NCBI GenBank assembly: GCA_965277285.1
Contig: OZ255721.1
Location: 2,240,001-2,304,000 of the forward strand
DNA length: 64,000 nt
Direction of reading: 5' to 3'
DNA from: Abditibacteriaceae bacterium
Lineage (GTDB): Bacteria > Armatimonadota > Abditibacteriia > Abditibacteriales > Abditibacteriaceae
Made by a program: the position numbers and the translations under genes. A model generated the notes under the pieces. That model saw only the letters and a program-made list of their open reading frames with translations, was not told the DNA's origin and did not search any database. Below are positions 8,856 through 19,317 of the stretch, piece by piece; position 1 is the first letter of the stretch; every line of letters starts with the position of its first letter.

Positions 8856-11800
8856 TTATTTCTGCAGCCAATCTTTCATCAGCGCCAGCAAAGCATCCAC
8901 ATCGACAGGTTTGGCGATGTAATCCGATGCGCCGGCTTGCAGGCATTTTTCTCGGTCGCCAGCCATCGCTTTAGCGGTCAGCGCCAAAATCGGCAACTCT
9001 TCGTAGCCTTCGATATTGCGAATGCGCCGCGTCGTTTCGTAGCCGTCCATGTCCGGCATCATAATGTCCATCAGAATCAGCGCGATGTCGGTCGTTGTGG
9101 TTAAAAGTTGCAAAGCATCCTTGCCGTTTTCGGCAAACAACACTTCGACGCCATAATTTTCCAGCACGCTCGTCAGCGCGAAAATGTTGCGCATATCGTC
9201 ATCGACCGCCAACACCTTGATGCCGCGCAATACGTCCTGCGTGGCGATTGATCCAGTACTCGATGCCTCATCATTGGTTTGCGCCGCGTTTTTGCGCGCG
9301 TTTTTCGGCGTCTTAGTTTTCGCCGAAACTGCACCATCTTGAGGTGTTGCTTTTGATTTTCCTTTTGCTATCGCCAGCGGCGCGCCTTCGGGCTGCTGGG
9401 CTTCAAGTGGTACGGCTTCAGGTGGTATAGCTTCAGGTGTTGCGGATGACGTTGCGGTGACCGTTTGTGAGACACGATGCAGAAAAACTGAGACTTGATC
9501 GAGCAAGCGTTCGGACGAGCTGACATCTTTGGTGATGACCGAAGCGGCGTAGCGCTTGAGTTGGTTTTCCTCGCTTTTTGTCAGGTCTTTGCTGGTGTAA
9601 ATCACGACCGGCAAATCGCGCCATTGATGTTGCGCCTTGAGCGTTTGCAGCAATTCCATACCATCCATGTCGGGCAAGCCGAGATCGAGAATCATGCAAT
9701 CGAAAGTCTTTTCTTTCAACATCTCGAGAGCTTCCGCGCCGCTGCTCACCGCCACTGCGCGCGCATCGGCCTGCCCGATCAGTTCGATCAAACCTGTGCG
9801 CTGCGCCTCGTCGTCTTCAACGATGAGCAGTTCGCGCACCTCGCGCTCGATAAAACTTTTGATGTGGCTGAACGCGCCTTGCAAGGCTTCGCGCGAAACC
9901 GGTTTTTCCATGTAGGAAACTGCGCCCACAGTCGCGCCACGCTCGCGGTCGATGACCGACACGACATGAACCGGAATATGCCGCGTCGTCTCGTCGCGCT
10001 TGAGTTGATCCAGAACCATCCAACCGTCTAAGCGCGGAATTTTCAGGTCGAGCGTAATCGCGTGCGGCAGATATTTGCGCGCCATCTGCAAACCTGTTTC
10101 GCCATCCAGCGCGATCAAGCCTTTGAAGCCAGCGGCGCGCGCCGTGTCAATCAAAATGCGCGCAAAACGCGCGTCGTCTTCAATGACCAGAACAATCGCG
10201 TCGCCCGCCTGGATGTTGTCGCAGTCGTCCGCAACGGCTTCTCCGGGCGTGTTTTCGTCGGCAAAACGTTTCAGTTCGCTTTGAATTTCCCTGTCGCTTT
10301 GGATGGCAACAGCTTCCTTAACGGCGCGCAAATTCGCCGTGGCAGCAATCGTCACCACGTCATTCGAGTACTCGATAATGCCGGCAGAGGAACCAGCAGA
10401 GGAACCCGAAATGCCGCTCAAAGGTCGATTGCCCAAACCGTTTGTGGAGCCTCCGCCCGACGCAGAACCGTTTGACGTAGAGCCGTTTGACGCAGTGCTG
10501 TTCGCTGAAGAACCATTAGCGTCTGGCGAAAGTCCGCTGTTGAATTGTGGCAGGAGCAAGGTGAACGTGCTGCCTGCATCGGGCGCGCTTTCGACGTGGA
10601 TGCGCCCGTTCAGCAAGCGCGTAATTTCGCGGGAGATAGACAAGCCCAAGCCGGTTCCGCCATATTTGCGATTGGTTGTGCCGTCGACTTGTTGAAACGC
10701 TTCAAAGACCAGCTTCTGCTTTTCCTTGGGGATGCCGATGCCGGTGTCACGGACGGCAAAAGCGACTTTTCTACCACCTGGCATTCCCATGGTTTCGTCG
10801 TTTGTCGCAAGGCGCATCGTCAGCGAAACATTGCCGTTTTGCGTGAATTTGAAAGCGTTCGACAAAAGGTTTTTGAGGATTTGGTTCAATCGTCCGGCGT
10901 CGGTTTGAATGAAGGCGGGTGTGCCGGGCGCGATGTCGATGTGGAACTCTAAGCCCTTGCCCTGCGCGACCGGAGTGAACGTACGGCTGACATAATCGCG
11001 CACTTCCTCCAGTGAAACTTCGTCGACTTCGATCTCCATTTTGCCGGATTCGACTTTCGACAAATCCAAAATCTCGTTGATTAGGTTCAGCAAATCGCCG
11101 CCGCTCGAGTAAATCGTCGAAGCGAACTCGGTTTGCTTTGGCGACAGGTTTTTGTCGTTGTTATCGGCCAGCAGCTTGGCCAAAATCAGCATCGAGTTGA
11201 GCGGTGTGCGCAGTTCGTGGCTCATGTTGGCCAAAAACTCCGATTTGTATTTGGAAGAAAGCGCCAATTGTTCGGCCTTTTCTTCCAATGAAGCGCGCGC
11301 CAGCTCGACTTCGCTGTTTTTCTGCTCGACTTTGATGTTCTGTCGTTCCAGTTCTTCCGCTTTTTCTTCCAGTTCGCGCGCCTGCGTTTCCAATTCGGTG
11401 TTGGTGCGCTTGAGTTGATTTTGCTGACTTTGCAATTCCTGCGATTGGTTTTGCAGTTCCTGCGTCAACGACTGCGATTGTTCGAGCAATTCTTCGGTAC
11501 GCATGCTGGCCGAAATCATATTCAGCACAACGCCCACGCTCTCCATCAATTGATCCAGGAACGTCTGGTGAATCGAACTGAATTCCTGGAACGATGCCAG
11601 TTCGATAATCGCCATCAATTCGCCTTCAAACAAGACCGGAAGCACGATGATATTGAGCGGCGCCGCCTCGCCCAGACCAGAATTGATCTGGATGTAATCG
11701 CTGGGAACACGCGTCAGCAGAATGCTTTTCTTTTCCAGCGCACATTGACCAACCAACCCTTCGCCGATGTGAAAGCGATTCGCCACCGATTTACGCTCGC

Positions 11801-14750
11801 GGTACGCATACGAGGACAACAATTTGAGTACTCGATCTCCGCCCGCCATGTCGTGAATATAAAACACGCCGTGATTGGCGCCGACCAAAGGCGTCAACTC
11901 CGACATGATGAGTTGCGCGACCGCTTCGAGATTCTTCTGGCCTTGCATCATGCGCGAAAACCGCGCCAGGTTCGTCTTGAGCCAATCCTGCTCGGTGTTG
12001 AGCTGAGTCGTGCCTTTCAGATTGGAAATCATCTGATTCAAGTTGTTCTTCAAGGCCGACACTTCGCCTTGCGCGTCAACTGTGATCGTTCGCGTCAAAT
12101 CGCCTTCGGTCACAGCCGTCGCCACATCGGAAATCGCGCGCACTTGCACCGTCAAGCTGTTCGCCATGAAGTTGACATTGTCGGTCAGGTCTTTCCAGGT
12201 GCCAGCGACGTTGGGCACGTTCGCTTGTCCGCCCAACTTGCCTTCAGCGCCCACTTCGCGCGCCACCGTCGTGACTTGTTCGGCAAACACCGACAACGTT
12301 TGTGTCATCGAGTTGATCGTTTCGGCCAGCGCCGCGACTTCGCCTTTAGCATCAACCACCAACTTTTGCTGCAAGTCGCCATTAGCAACCGCTGTCACGA
12401 CTTTGACGATGCCGCGCACCTGCGTTGTCAGGTTGCTCGCCATGAAGTTGACATTATCGGTCAAATCTTTCCAGGTGCCTGCGACGTTTGGCACTTTGGC
12501 TTGGCCGCCCAAGATGCCTTCAGTTCCCACTTCGCGCGCCACGCTCGTAACCTGTTCCGCAAAGATACTCAACGTGTCGGTCATCGAGTTGATCGTTTCG
12601 GCCAGCGCCGCGACTTCACCTTTGGCATCGACAACTAACTTCTGCTGCAAGTCTCCGTTGGCAACAGCGGTCACGACCTTGGCGATGCCGCGCACCTGCG
12701 TTGTCAGGTTGCTCGCCATGAAGTTGACGTTATCGGTCAAATCTTTCCAGGTTCCCGAAACGCCCTTGACTTCAGCTTGTCCGCCCAGCTTGCCTTCGGT
12801 TCCCACTTCGCGTGCCACGCGCGTGACTTCCGCCGCGAACGAGTTCAACTGATCGACCATCACGTTGATGGTGTTCTTCAACTCCGAAATCTCGCCGCGC
12901 GCATCGACCGTAATTTTCTGTGACAAATCGCCGTTAGCCACCGCTGTAGTGACAAGTGCGATGTTGCGCACCTGATTGGTCAGGTTGCCCGCCAAGCCGT
13001 TCACGTTATCGGTCAGGTCTTTCCAGGTTCCCGAAACGCCCTTGACTTCGGCTTGTCCGCCCAACTTGCCTTCGGTTCCCACTTCGCGTGCCACGCGCGT
13101 GACTTCCGCCGCGAACGAGTTGAGTTGATCGACCATCACGTTGATGGTGTTCTTCAACTCCAACATTTCGCCTTTCACATCGACCGTAATTTTCTGTGAC
13201 AAATCACCGTTAGCCACCGCTGTTGTCACTAAAGCGATGTTACGCACCTGATTGGTCAGGTTGCCCGCCAAGCCGTTCACGTTATCAGTGAGGTCTTTCC
13301 AGGTTCCCGAAACGCCTTTAACTTCAGCTTGTCCGCCCAGCTTGCCTTCGGTTCCCACTTCGCGCGCCACGCGCGTGACTTCGGCGGAAAAAGACGAAAG
13401 CTGATCGACCATCGTGTTGATGGTGTTCTTCAACTCCAGCATTTCGCCTTTCACATCGACCGTAATCTTCTGTGACAAATCGCCGTTGGCGACCGCTGTT
13501 GTCACTAAAGCGATGTTGCGCACCTGATTGGTCAGGTTGCCTGCCAAACCGTTGACGCTATCGGTCAGGTTTTTCCAGGTGCCAGCCACATTCGGTACGT
13601 CAGCTTGTCCGCCCAGCTTTCCTTCGGTTCCGACCTCGCGCGCCACCGTTGTTACCTGCTCGGCGAAGATGCTCAAGGTTTGCGTCATCGAGTTGATGGT
13701 GTCGGCGAGTGCTGCGACTTCACCTTTGGCGTCAACCACCAACTTTTGCTGCAAGTCTCCGTTGGCAACTGCTGTCACGACCTTGACGATGCCGCGCACC
13801 TGCGTCGTCAGGTTGCTCGCCATGAAGTTGACGTTGTCGGTCAAATCTTTCCAGGTGCCAGCGACGTTTGGCACTTTGGCTTGTCCGCCCAAGATGCCTT
13901 CAGTTCCCACTTCGCGCGCCACGCCCGTGACTTGTTCGGCAAAAACCGATAGCGTGTCGGTCATCGAGTTGATGGTTTCAGCCAGCGCCGCGACTTCGCC
14001 TTTAGCATCGACCACTAACTTTTGCGATAGGTCTCCGTTAGCAACCGCTGTCACGACTTTGACGATGCCGCGCACCTGTGTTGTCAGGTTGCTCGCCATT
14101 TGATTGACATTATCGGTCAAATCTTTCCAGGTGCCGGAAACACCTTTAACTTCAGCTTGTCCGCCCAGCTTGCCTTCGGTTCCCACTTCGCGCGCCACGC
14201 GCGTGACTTCGGCGGAAAAAGACGAAAGCTGATCGACCATCGTGTTGACGGTTGTGCGGATGCGCAGAAACTCGCCTTTAACCGGCGTGCCTTCGATTTC
14301 GAGCGCCATTTTTTGGCTGAGATCGCCTTCGGCCACAGCGGTAATGACGCGCGCGATTTCGGTTGTCGGGCGCGCGAAGTCGGTGATCAGGGAATTGATC
14401 GAATCGACACTTTCTTGCCAGGAACCTTGCGCCAGGCGAATCGAAGCCCGCTCGGTCATGCGGCCTTCGCGCCCGACGATGCGCCCTATGCGCACCACTT
14501 CGCCCGAAAGCGTTTCGTTCAGTTCGACAACATCGTTAAAAGTTTGATAAATCTCCGACAAAATGCCGTTGCGTGCAGTTTGTCCATTGAGACGAGAAGA
14601 AAAATCGCCGTTGCGCGCGGCACGCAATGCGTTCAACAAAGGCTGCAATTGTTCGGCGCTATAAACTTCAGGCGCTGCGCCATCGTTAGGCTGACCATGG
14701 GCTGCAGTGCCGTTGCGTTTGGATGTAGAAGAAGGAGAACGAACAGCCAT
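8856..14750 (-). CDS. Poly-HAMP / GAF / histidine kinase / triple-receiver hybrid kinase (group III / Nik1- or OsaA-like architecture)
   Basis: Eight ~92-aa EVG(T/A)EG(K/I)LGGQA...GTWK(D/N)LTD repeats plus one degenerate copy, a GAF domain, a coiled coil, SHELRTPLN and three REC domains. Confidence 0.95.
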   Translation of the reverse strand: MAVRSPSSTSKRNGTAAHGQPNDGAAPEVYSAEQLQPLLNALRAARNGDFSSRLNGQTARNGILSEIYQTFNDVVELNETLSGEVVRIGRIVGREGRMTERASIRLAQGSWQESVDSINSLITDFARPTTEIARVITAVAEGDLSQKMALEIEGTPVKGEFLRIRTTVNTMVDQLSSFSAEVTRVAREVGTEGKLGGQAEVKGVSGTWKDLTDNVNQMASNLTTQVRGIVKVVTAVANGDLSQKLVVDAKGEVAALAETINSMTDTLSVFAEQVTGVAREVGTEGILGGQAKVPNVAGTWKDLTDNVNFMASNLTTQVRGIVKVVTAVANGDLQQKLVVDAKGEVAALADTINSMTQTLSIFAEQVTTVAREVGTEGKLGGQADVPNVAGTWKNLTDSVNGLAGNLTNQVRNIALVTTAVANGDLSQKITVDVKGEMLELKNTINTMVDQLSSFSAEVTRVAREVGTEGKLGGQAEVKGVSGTWKDLTDNVNGLAGNLTNQVRNIALVTTAVANGDLSQKITVDVKGEMLELKNTINVMVDQLNSFAAEVTRVAREVGTEGKLGGQAEVKGVSGTWKDLTDNVNGLAGNLTNQVRNIALVTTAVANGDLSQKITVDARGEISELKNTINVMVDQLNSFAAEVTRVAREVGTEGKLGGQAEVKGVSGTWKDLTDNVNFMASNLTTQVRGIAKVVTAVANGDLQQKLVVDAKGEVAALAETINSMTDTLSIFAEQVTSVAREVGTEGILGGQAKVPNVAGTWKDLTDNVNFMASNLTTQVRGIVKVVTAVANGDLQQKLVVDAKGEVAALAETINSMTQTLSVFAEQVTTVAREVGAEGKLGGQANVPNVAGTWKDLTDNVNFMANSLTVQVRAISDVATAVTEGDLTRTITVDAQGEVSALKNNLNQMISNLKGTTQLNTEQDWLKTNLARFSRMMQGQKNLEAVAQLIMSELTPLVGANHGVFYIHDMAGGDRVLKLLSSYAYRERKSVANRFHIGEGLVGQCALEKKSILLTRVPSDYIQINSGLGEAAPLNIIVLPVLFEGELMAIIELASFQEFSSIHQTFLDQLMESVGVVLNMISASMRTEELLEQSQSLTQELQNQSQELQSQQNQLKRTNTELETQARELEEKAEELERQNIKVEQKNSEVELARASLEEKAEQLALSSKYKSEFLANMSHELRTPLNSMLILAKLLADNNDKNLSPKQTEFASTIYSSGGDLLNLINEILDLSKVESGKMEIEVDEVSLEEVRDYVSRTFTPVAQGKGLEFHIDIAPGTPAFIQTDAGRLNQILKNLLSNAFKFTQNGNVSLTMRLATNDETMGMPGGRKVAFAVRDTGIGIPKEKQKLVFEAFQQVDGTTNRKYGGTGLGLSISREITRLLNGRIHVESAPDAGSTFTLLLPQFNSGLSPDANGSSANSTASNGSTSNGSASGGGSTNGLGNRPLSGISGSSAGSSAGIIEYSNDVVTIAATANLRAVKEAVAIQSDREIQSELKRFADENTPGEAVADDCDNIQAGDAIVLVIEDDARFARILIDTARAAGFKGLIALDGETGLQMARKYLPHAITLDLKIPRLDGWMVLDQLKRDETTRHIPVHVVSVIDRERGATVGAVSYMEKPVSREALQGAFSHIKSFIEREVRELLIVEDDEAQRTGLIELIGQADARAVAVSSGAEALEMLKEKTFDCMILDLGLPDMDGMELLQTLKAQHQWRDLPVVIYTSKDLTKSEENQLKRYAASVITKDVSSSERLLDQVSVFLHRVSQTVTATSSATPEAIPPEAVPLEAQQPEGAPLAIAKGKSKATPQDGAVSAKTKTPKNARKNAAQTNDEASSTGSIATQDVLRGIKVLAVDDDMRNIFALTSVLENYGVEVLFAENGKDALQLLTTTTDIALILMDIMMPDMDGYETTRRIRNIEGYEELPILALTAKAMAGDREKCLQAGASDYIAKPVDVDALLALMKDWLQK

Positions 14751-15086
14751 AAAACTCCTCGGAACGAGTACTCGATTTCCAGTGGCAACATGTGCGACGT
14801 CGCCAGATGCAGCATTTTACTTCATCGTGAACTTGACAATCTTTTTGCGTAAAAGGTGACCTTAAAGTAAAAATTTAAACGTGCGCAGCAATTCACGAAC
14901 GATGATACGCTAATGCAAAACCAGAGCACGCGAGTCAAACAATTGTAACTAATTGAGCCGCAACGAATTTACCAAAGCGAAAGTGCGATGCAGAAGCTAC
15001 CCGATACACTTTCCGGATATAAAATCTCCGGGTGAGTCCCGTGGTGAAACGACAGGCCGTTGAGCAATAGGCGACCCGACAGGCGA

Positions 15087-15151
15087 TTCGACAAGAAACT
15101 CAGGCGATGCCGTAACGTACGACCCCGGCATCGCTTGAGTTTCTTGTCGAA
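15087..15151. terminator. Long hairpin (26-bp arms) downstream of the GH64 gene
   Basis: TTCGACAAGAAACTCAGGCGATGCCG / CGGCATCGCTTGAGTTTCTTGTCGAA, one mismatch. Confidence 0.6.
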
Positions 15152-15159
15152 GCTCACTC

Positions 15160-17115
15160 TTACCAGCCGACGCGGAAGATCATTCCCTTCGGGTTCGTGG
15201 GCGTCAGATACGCCGCCTGATTGTTCACGTCGTCATAGGGGAAGCCGTAGGCGAGGTGATTTATCGCGTGATTGTGCCAGAACTGCGCGTAATAGTTCGC
15301 CGGCGCCGCCTTGTAGTAGGTGGTGGGGTCGGTCCAGGTGGACTGGGGATTGGTGTAAACGTGGCGGTTGAGCGCTGCACATGTTGCTGGGTTCGCCGCG
15401 CCGCCGGTTCCCAGCAGAATGTCCTGCGTGGAGATGTTGCTGTACGACGCGAAGTAGTTTCCGTTTGGCTGCCCCGCTGCGAACGAGCCATGATTTGGAG
15501 CGACGATGCGATACGGAGCCTGCACCGTGCCCAAGCTCTTGAACTCAGCAGGAACCTCGTTCTGGTACTCGTTGAAGAGCCCGGCGCGCGTTTCTGATTC
15601 CAGATCGCCGACCGTCTGATCGAAGCTGCCGTCCATGTTGACAACGCGGTGCTGAAGCGGAAAGCCAAACATATCTACTCGCGTGACGTTTCCGTGGTAG
15701 CCGTATTGATCCAACGTGAACTCGGTGAAGTCGAAGATCACGTTGTAGTTCGGGTCGCCTGAGTTGTTGATGTCGGGGCCGGCAAAGCCGTTGTCAAAGG
15801 TCTTGATGTAGCAGGGAGAACCGACGCTGAGGAACATGCGGGCCGAAGTAATCTTCGGCAGATTGACCCACTGCTTCTGGCTGACGGTGGAGTAAATGTT
15901 GGCGTAGTTGACGCCGTTCTTGGTCAAATGTCCCGGCGCGTCGTTCAAGGCCAGTGAGACCGGCTGAAGGTTGCCGTTGATGTCCAGATACGCCCAACGG
16001 TTGCCGTTGGCCGGATCCTGTCCGATGACGCCCCAGTAGATCTGGTTGTCGGCATATGTGCCGTTCGTGCCGTTCATGACGCGCATCGAAATGGAGCCGC
16101 TGCCCACGGGTGTGGGAATGGAGGACACCGGAACCGAGTAGATCGAGTTAGAGGCGCCGGCGGGAGCCACGTCACCCCGCTCGAGTGAGAATTCCTGCCA
16201 CGGGTTTGCATTGTCAGGGTACTGTTGGAGTGGGACGTTATTGGCCGTGTTGCCGCCAGGAATGTCCCAGCTCATACCATCATGCCCAAAGTAAAACTTG
16301 AACTTGCCATCTGTCTTCGGCACGATACGGATTTCTTGGTCGCCGATGTTGTTAGGATTGTAGTCCCACAAGTGGCAGTTGGCGGCGGCGGCGGTGGAGG
16401 CGTTTTGCACGCACAGCACACGACTCGGCGCGTTGAGACTCGCCAGGCCGTAGAAGCCGTCACCAACGCTGTTGAACTGCCACTTGAACCAGGGATTGTT
16501 TTCCTGGAGGTACTGGATGATAGGGCTGCCGTTGGTGCTGCCCTGGTTCTGGACACAGATGTATTTGCCGCTCGACGCGCGAACATAGTAGCTGCCCCAC
16601 GGCTGCAGGCGCCACTTCTGGGCGGAGCTGTTGTTCGGACCCCACTGCTGCACCATGGCGTTGTCAGCGGTGCTGGAATTGGACACGTCCATGTACAGGC
16701 CGCTGAACACGTTTCGGATGTAGTACCAGCCATTGCCCGCATCTACCAGATCCCACTGCTGACTGGGGTCGGTGCTATAGTCCCATGCCCATAGCTGTGC
16801 GCCCCAGTTCGTCGAGTCATTGGCGACCGAGACCGCCTTGCCGCTGACCCACGAGATGATCTCGAAATGGGCGCCATCTGCGGTGGGAACCAGTGCCCAG
16901 CGCTGGTTCGGGCTGTTATTGTCGTAGGTCCATTGGTTGGTTACGGCGCCGTTGGCCGTGCTGCCGCCGATCAGATCCAGCGCCTTGCCGCTGTTCTGGT
17001 TCACAATCATGAAATAGGCTTGGTTGGTCGACAGCTGCGCCTGCGCCTTTGACATCCCTACCATCAGGAATGCCAGAAGCAGCAGAACTGCTTTCACGAC
17101 GAAGTTGAGTTTCAT
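15160..17115 (-). CDS. Secreted ricin-B lectin (x2) plus GH64 beta-1,3-glucanase
   Basis: Signal peptide, QxW ricin repeats, FDFTEFT, GNVTRVDMFG, CAALNRH, AYGFPYDD. Confidence 0.9.
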   Translation of the reverse strand: MKLNFVVKAVLLLLAFLMVGMSKAQAQLSTNQAYFMIVNQNSGKALDLIGGSTANGAVTNQWTYDNNSPNQRWALVPTADGAHFEIISWVSGKAVSVANDSTNWGAQLWAWDYSTDPSQQWDLVDAGNGWYYIRNVFSGLYMDVSNSSTADNAMVQQWGPNNSSAQKWRLQPWGSYYVRASSGKYICVQNQGSTNGSPIIQYLQENNPWFKWQFNSVGDGFYGLASLNAPSRVLCVQNASTAAAANCHLWDYNPNNIGDQEIRIVPKTDGKFKFYFGHDGMSWDIPGGNTANNVPLQQYPDNANPWQEFSLERGDVAPAGASNSIYSVPVSSIPTPVGSGSISMRVMNGTNGTYADNQIYWGVIGQDPANGNRWAYLDINGNLQPVSLALNDAPGHLTKNGVNYANIYSTVSQKQWVNLPKITSARMFLSVGSPCYIKTFDNGFAGPDINNSGDPNYNVIFDFTEFTLDQYGYHGNVTRVDMFGFPLQHRVVNMDGSFDQTVGDLESETRAGLFNEYQNEVPAEFKSLGTVQAPYRIVAPNHGSFAAGQPNGNYFASYSNISTQDILLGTGGAANPATCAALNRHVYTNPQSTWTDPTTYYKAAPANYYAQFWHNHAINHLAYGFPYDDVNNQAAYLTPTNPKGMIFRVGW

Positions 17116-18315
17116 AAATACCCTTTGTCCTTTGCGTCATACTCGGTGAAAAACAAGGCGGGCGCTCAGACCACCTACCCTGAGAGGAGCCGGATGAAGC
17201 GAGAATCGTTACGACGTCCTTTCGAGTGAGAATCCATGCCACAGGTTTCCATTGCCGGAATACTGCAGCAGCAGAACATTAACAGAACGTTGTTGGCCGT
17301 GTTCCAGAAAGCGGCTCTGGACGGCGGCGGAACATCCGACGACTTGAATGCGGAGTGCGCGCGGCACGAACGCAATCGCTGATGTCAGGAGCAGCAAAGC
17401 CGTAGTGGTGATGTGTTTGATTTTTATCGTGTTCTGGTCTGATCGTGAACTCAGTACCGGAACAAACGTAATAATCTACAGCGCCTCCTCTGTTGTAGGA
17501 AGCTTGCAAAGTATTCGATGACAATTGCACGAACATTGGTGCGGAACGCGTTGTCCGCGCCTCCTCGTTATTTAGCTCGCATTTCTATCGACGCAATTAA
17601 GTCGTGCATTCCAGCGAGTACTTTCGCTCCATCGTGCCGTCGTTTGGTTAGCAAGTTGATTCCACGGGTCGGTGGCGCCTGTTGCACCATCAAGGAGCAC
17701 AGCGTTGACGCTGTGCTCTGTTGTGAAATCGGATTGTGTTTTTCTCCTTTTAATCATAAAGTCACTGCAACAACCGCTATGCGATGGGTGCCTCGAAGAG
17801 AAAGCCGCAGGTCACAGCCTCAGTGAAATCTCAGCCGAAAGGTTTGACCTTTTTGTGCGCATATTTTGCGCATACGTATGCGCAAAATACCGCTTCGTAT
17901 TCCTTAACCCAATGTCACTGACCAATGGGAAAGATATGTCTTTGGCTGACGCAGGCGACAATGTAATATTCGGCTGTTGTAGAGCCTGAGTTTTTCAAGA
18001 CCACCCTAATGCACGCCTCTATCCTCTAACCTGCCGCGCGGTTGAGTTCCTCCCATCTGCCGGATCCAATGTAAGTCGAGGCACGAAGCCTTCACGGGCT
18101 TCAGAGTTCCGGCGCGCTCAGGCCACTGCATATTGAAAGGAGAGCGATAGTGCAGATTCATTATACCCATGGGCAGCAATTTTCAAACATTTGCTGCGTC
18201 AATTGACCTTGTCCCCGAAGTTATCACAGTGAGAAGTGGAGTATTTCTTGTTGGTTCTTCTGTGCCCAAACAGCAGGCGGCAACTAAGAGTCTATCCGAA
18301 TAGGCATTGATTCTT

Positions 18316-19174
18316 AGAGGGTGTATAGGAAAGGGTTAGACTTACATTTATGAAACGCCAGAGCTATCCCAGTGATTTGAGCGAGGCACAATGGCAAGTG
18401 CTGCGCCCTTTGATCGAGCCACAGCGTGCGCGCGGTACGCGCAGGCTTTACGCCCAACGCGAGATCGTCAACGCTTTGTTGTATCAGTTGACCAACGGCT
18501 GCTCGTGGCGTGCTTTGCCTCACGATTTTCCGCCTTACACTGTGGTTTGGTATCACTTCCGGCGCCGGCGTGACAACGGCACTCTCGAAGGTATCCACAG
18601 TTCGTTGCGTTCTCAAGTGCGCCAGGCCGATGGACGGGATGAGGCGCCCAGCGCAGCGATTCTGGACAGCCAGAGCGTCAAAACCACAGAAAAAGGGGGC
18701 CAAAAGGCTTTGATGCAGCCAAGAAAATAAAAGGGCGCAAGCGTCATATTCTGGTGGATACCAACGGCTTGTTGTTGCAAGTGTGTGTTCATGCTGCCAA
18801 CGTTCAAGAGCGTGACGGAGCCAAATTACTTTTGCAAGACAAAGCCCTGTGGCGCTTTCCTTCACAACGTTTGCAGTTGATTTGGGCGGATGCAGGCTAC
18901 TGGGGACACAAGTTCGCGGCTTGGGTGCGAGAAAACTGTGGCGTTGCGCTCCGAGTGATAAGCCGCAATGCCCTGGTGAACCGTCAATATGAAAACAAAG
19001 GCTACGTGCCGTTGCCGCGTCGCTGGGTTGTCGAAAGAACTTTTGCATGGTTGGGAAGATGTCGAAGGCTTTCAAAAGACTATGAGCAAAATGTCAAATC
19101 AAGTGAAACCTGGATTTATCTCGCCATGATCCGGCTTATGCTCCGAAGGCTTGCGTGATTCCTATACACCCTCT
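18316..19174 (+). mobile_element. IS5-family insertion sequence (IS1031/IS427-like)
   Basis: Perfect 16-bp terminal inverted repeats AGAGGGTGTATAGGAA (18316-18331) and TTCCTATACACCCTCT (19159-19174) enclose the transposase ORFs. Confidence 0.93.
18350..19158 (+). CDS. IS5 transposase in two frames joined at an AAAAAGGGGG run
   Basis: [14 protein letters not shown]...[36 protein letters not shown]...WADAGY...[11 protein letters not shown]...LSKDYE. Confidence 0.9.
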
Positions 19175-19240
19175 GAGTGAAACGAAGAATCTCATTGGAG
19201 TTAGAATCTTCACTGCGCTCAGAATGACAAACTGCGAGTT
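19174..19240. repeat. Truncated GTCATTCTGAG-type REP-like element abutting the IS end
   Basis: TGAGTGAAACGAAGAATCT...TCTTCACTGCGCTCAGAATGACAAACT matches the complete copy at 46261-46340. Confidence 0.8.
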
Positions 19241-19317
19241 TGATGGCTTTCTCTAATTCCTTTACGCGCTGAGTTTCGCTTCGTTTGACCGTTCACGTTT
19301 TGTGATGTGAAGCTTTT

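Noticed and set aside
7140..14852. Long plus-strand ORFs (e.g. 7140-8312, 11415-12638) and similar ones such as 57447-58694
   Set aside because: Antisense shadows of well-supported genes in GC-rich DNA, with no recognisable motifs.
14980..15085. Possible riboswitch-like sequence here and at 17780-18130
   Set aside because: Could not match the conserved cores of c-di-GMP, c-di-AMP, glycine or other riboswitches by eye. An Rfam scan would be needed.
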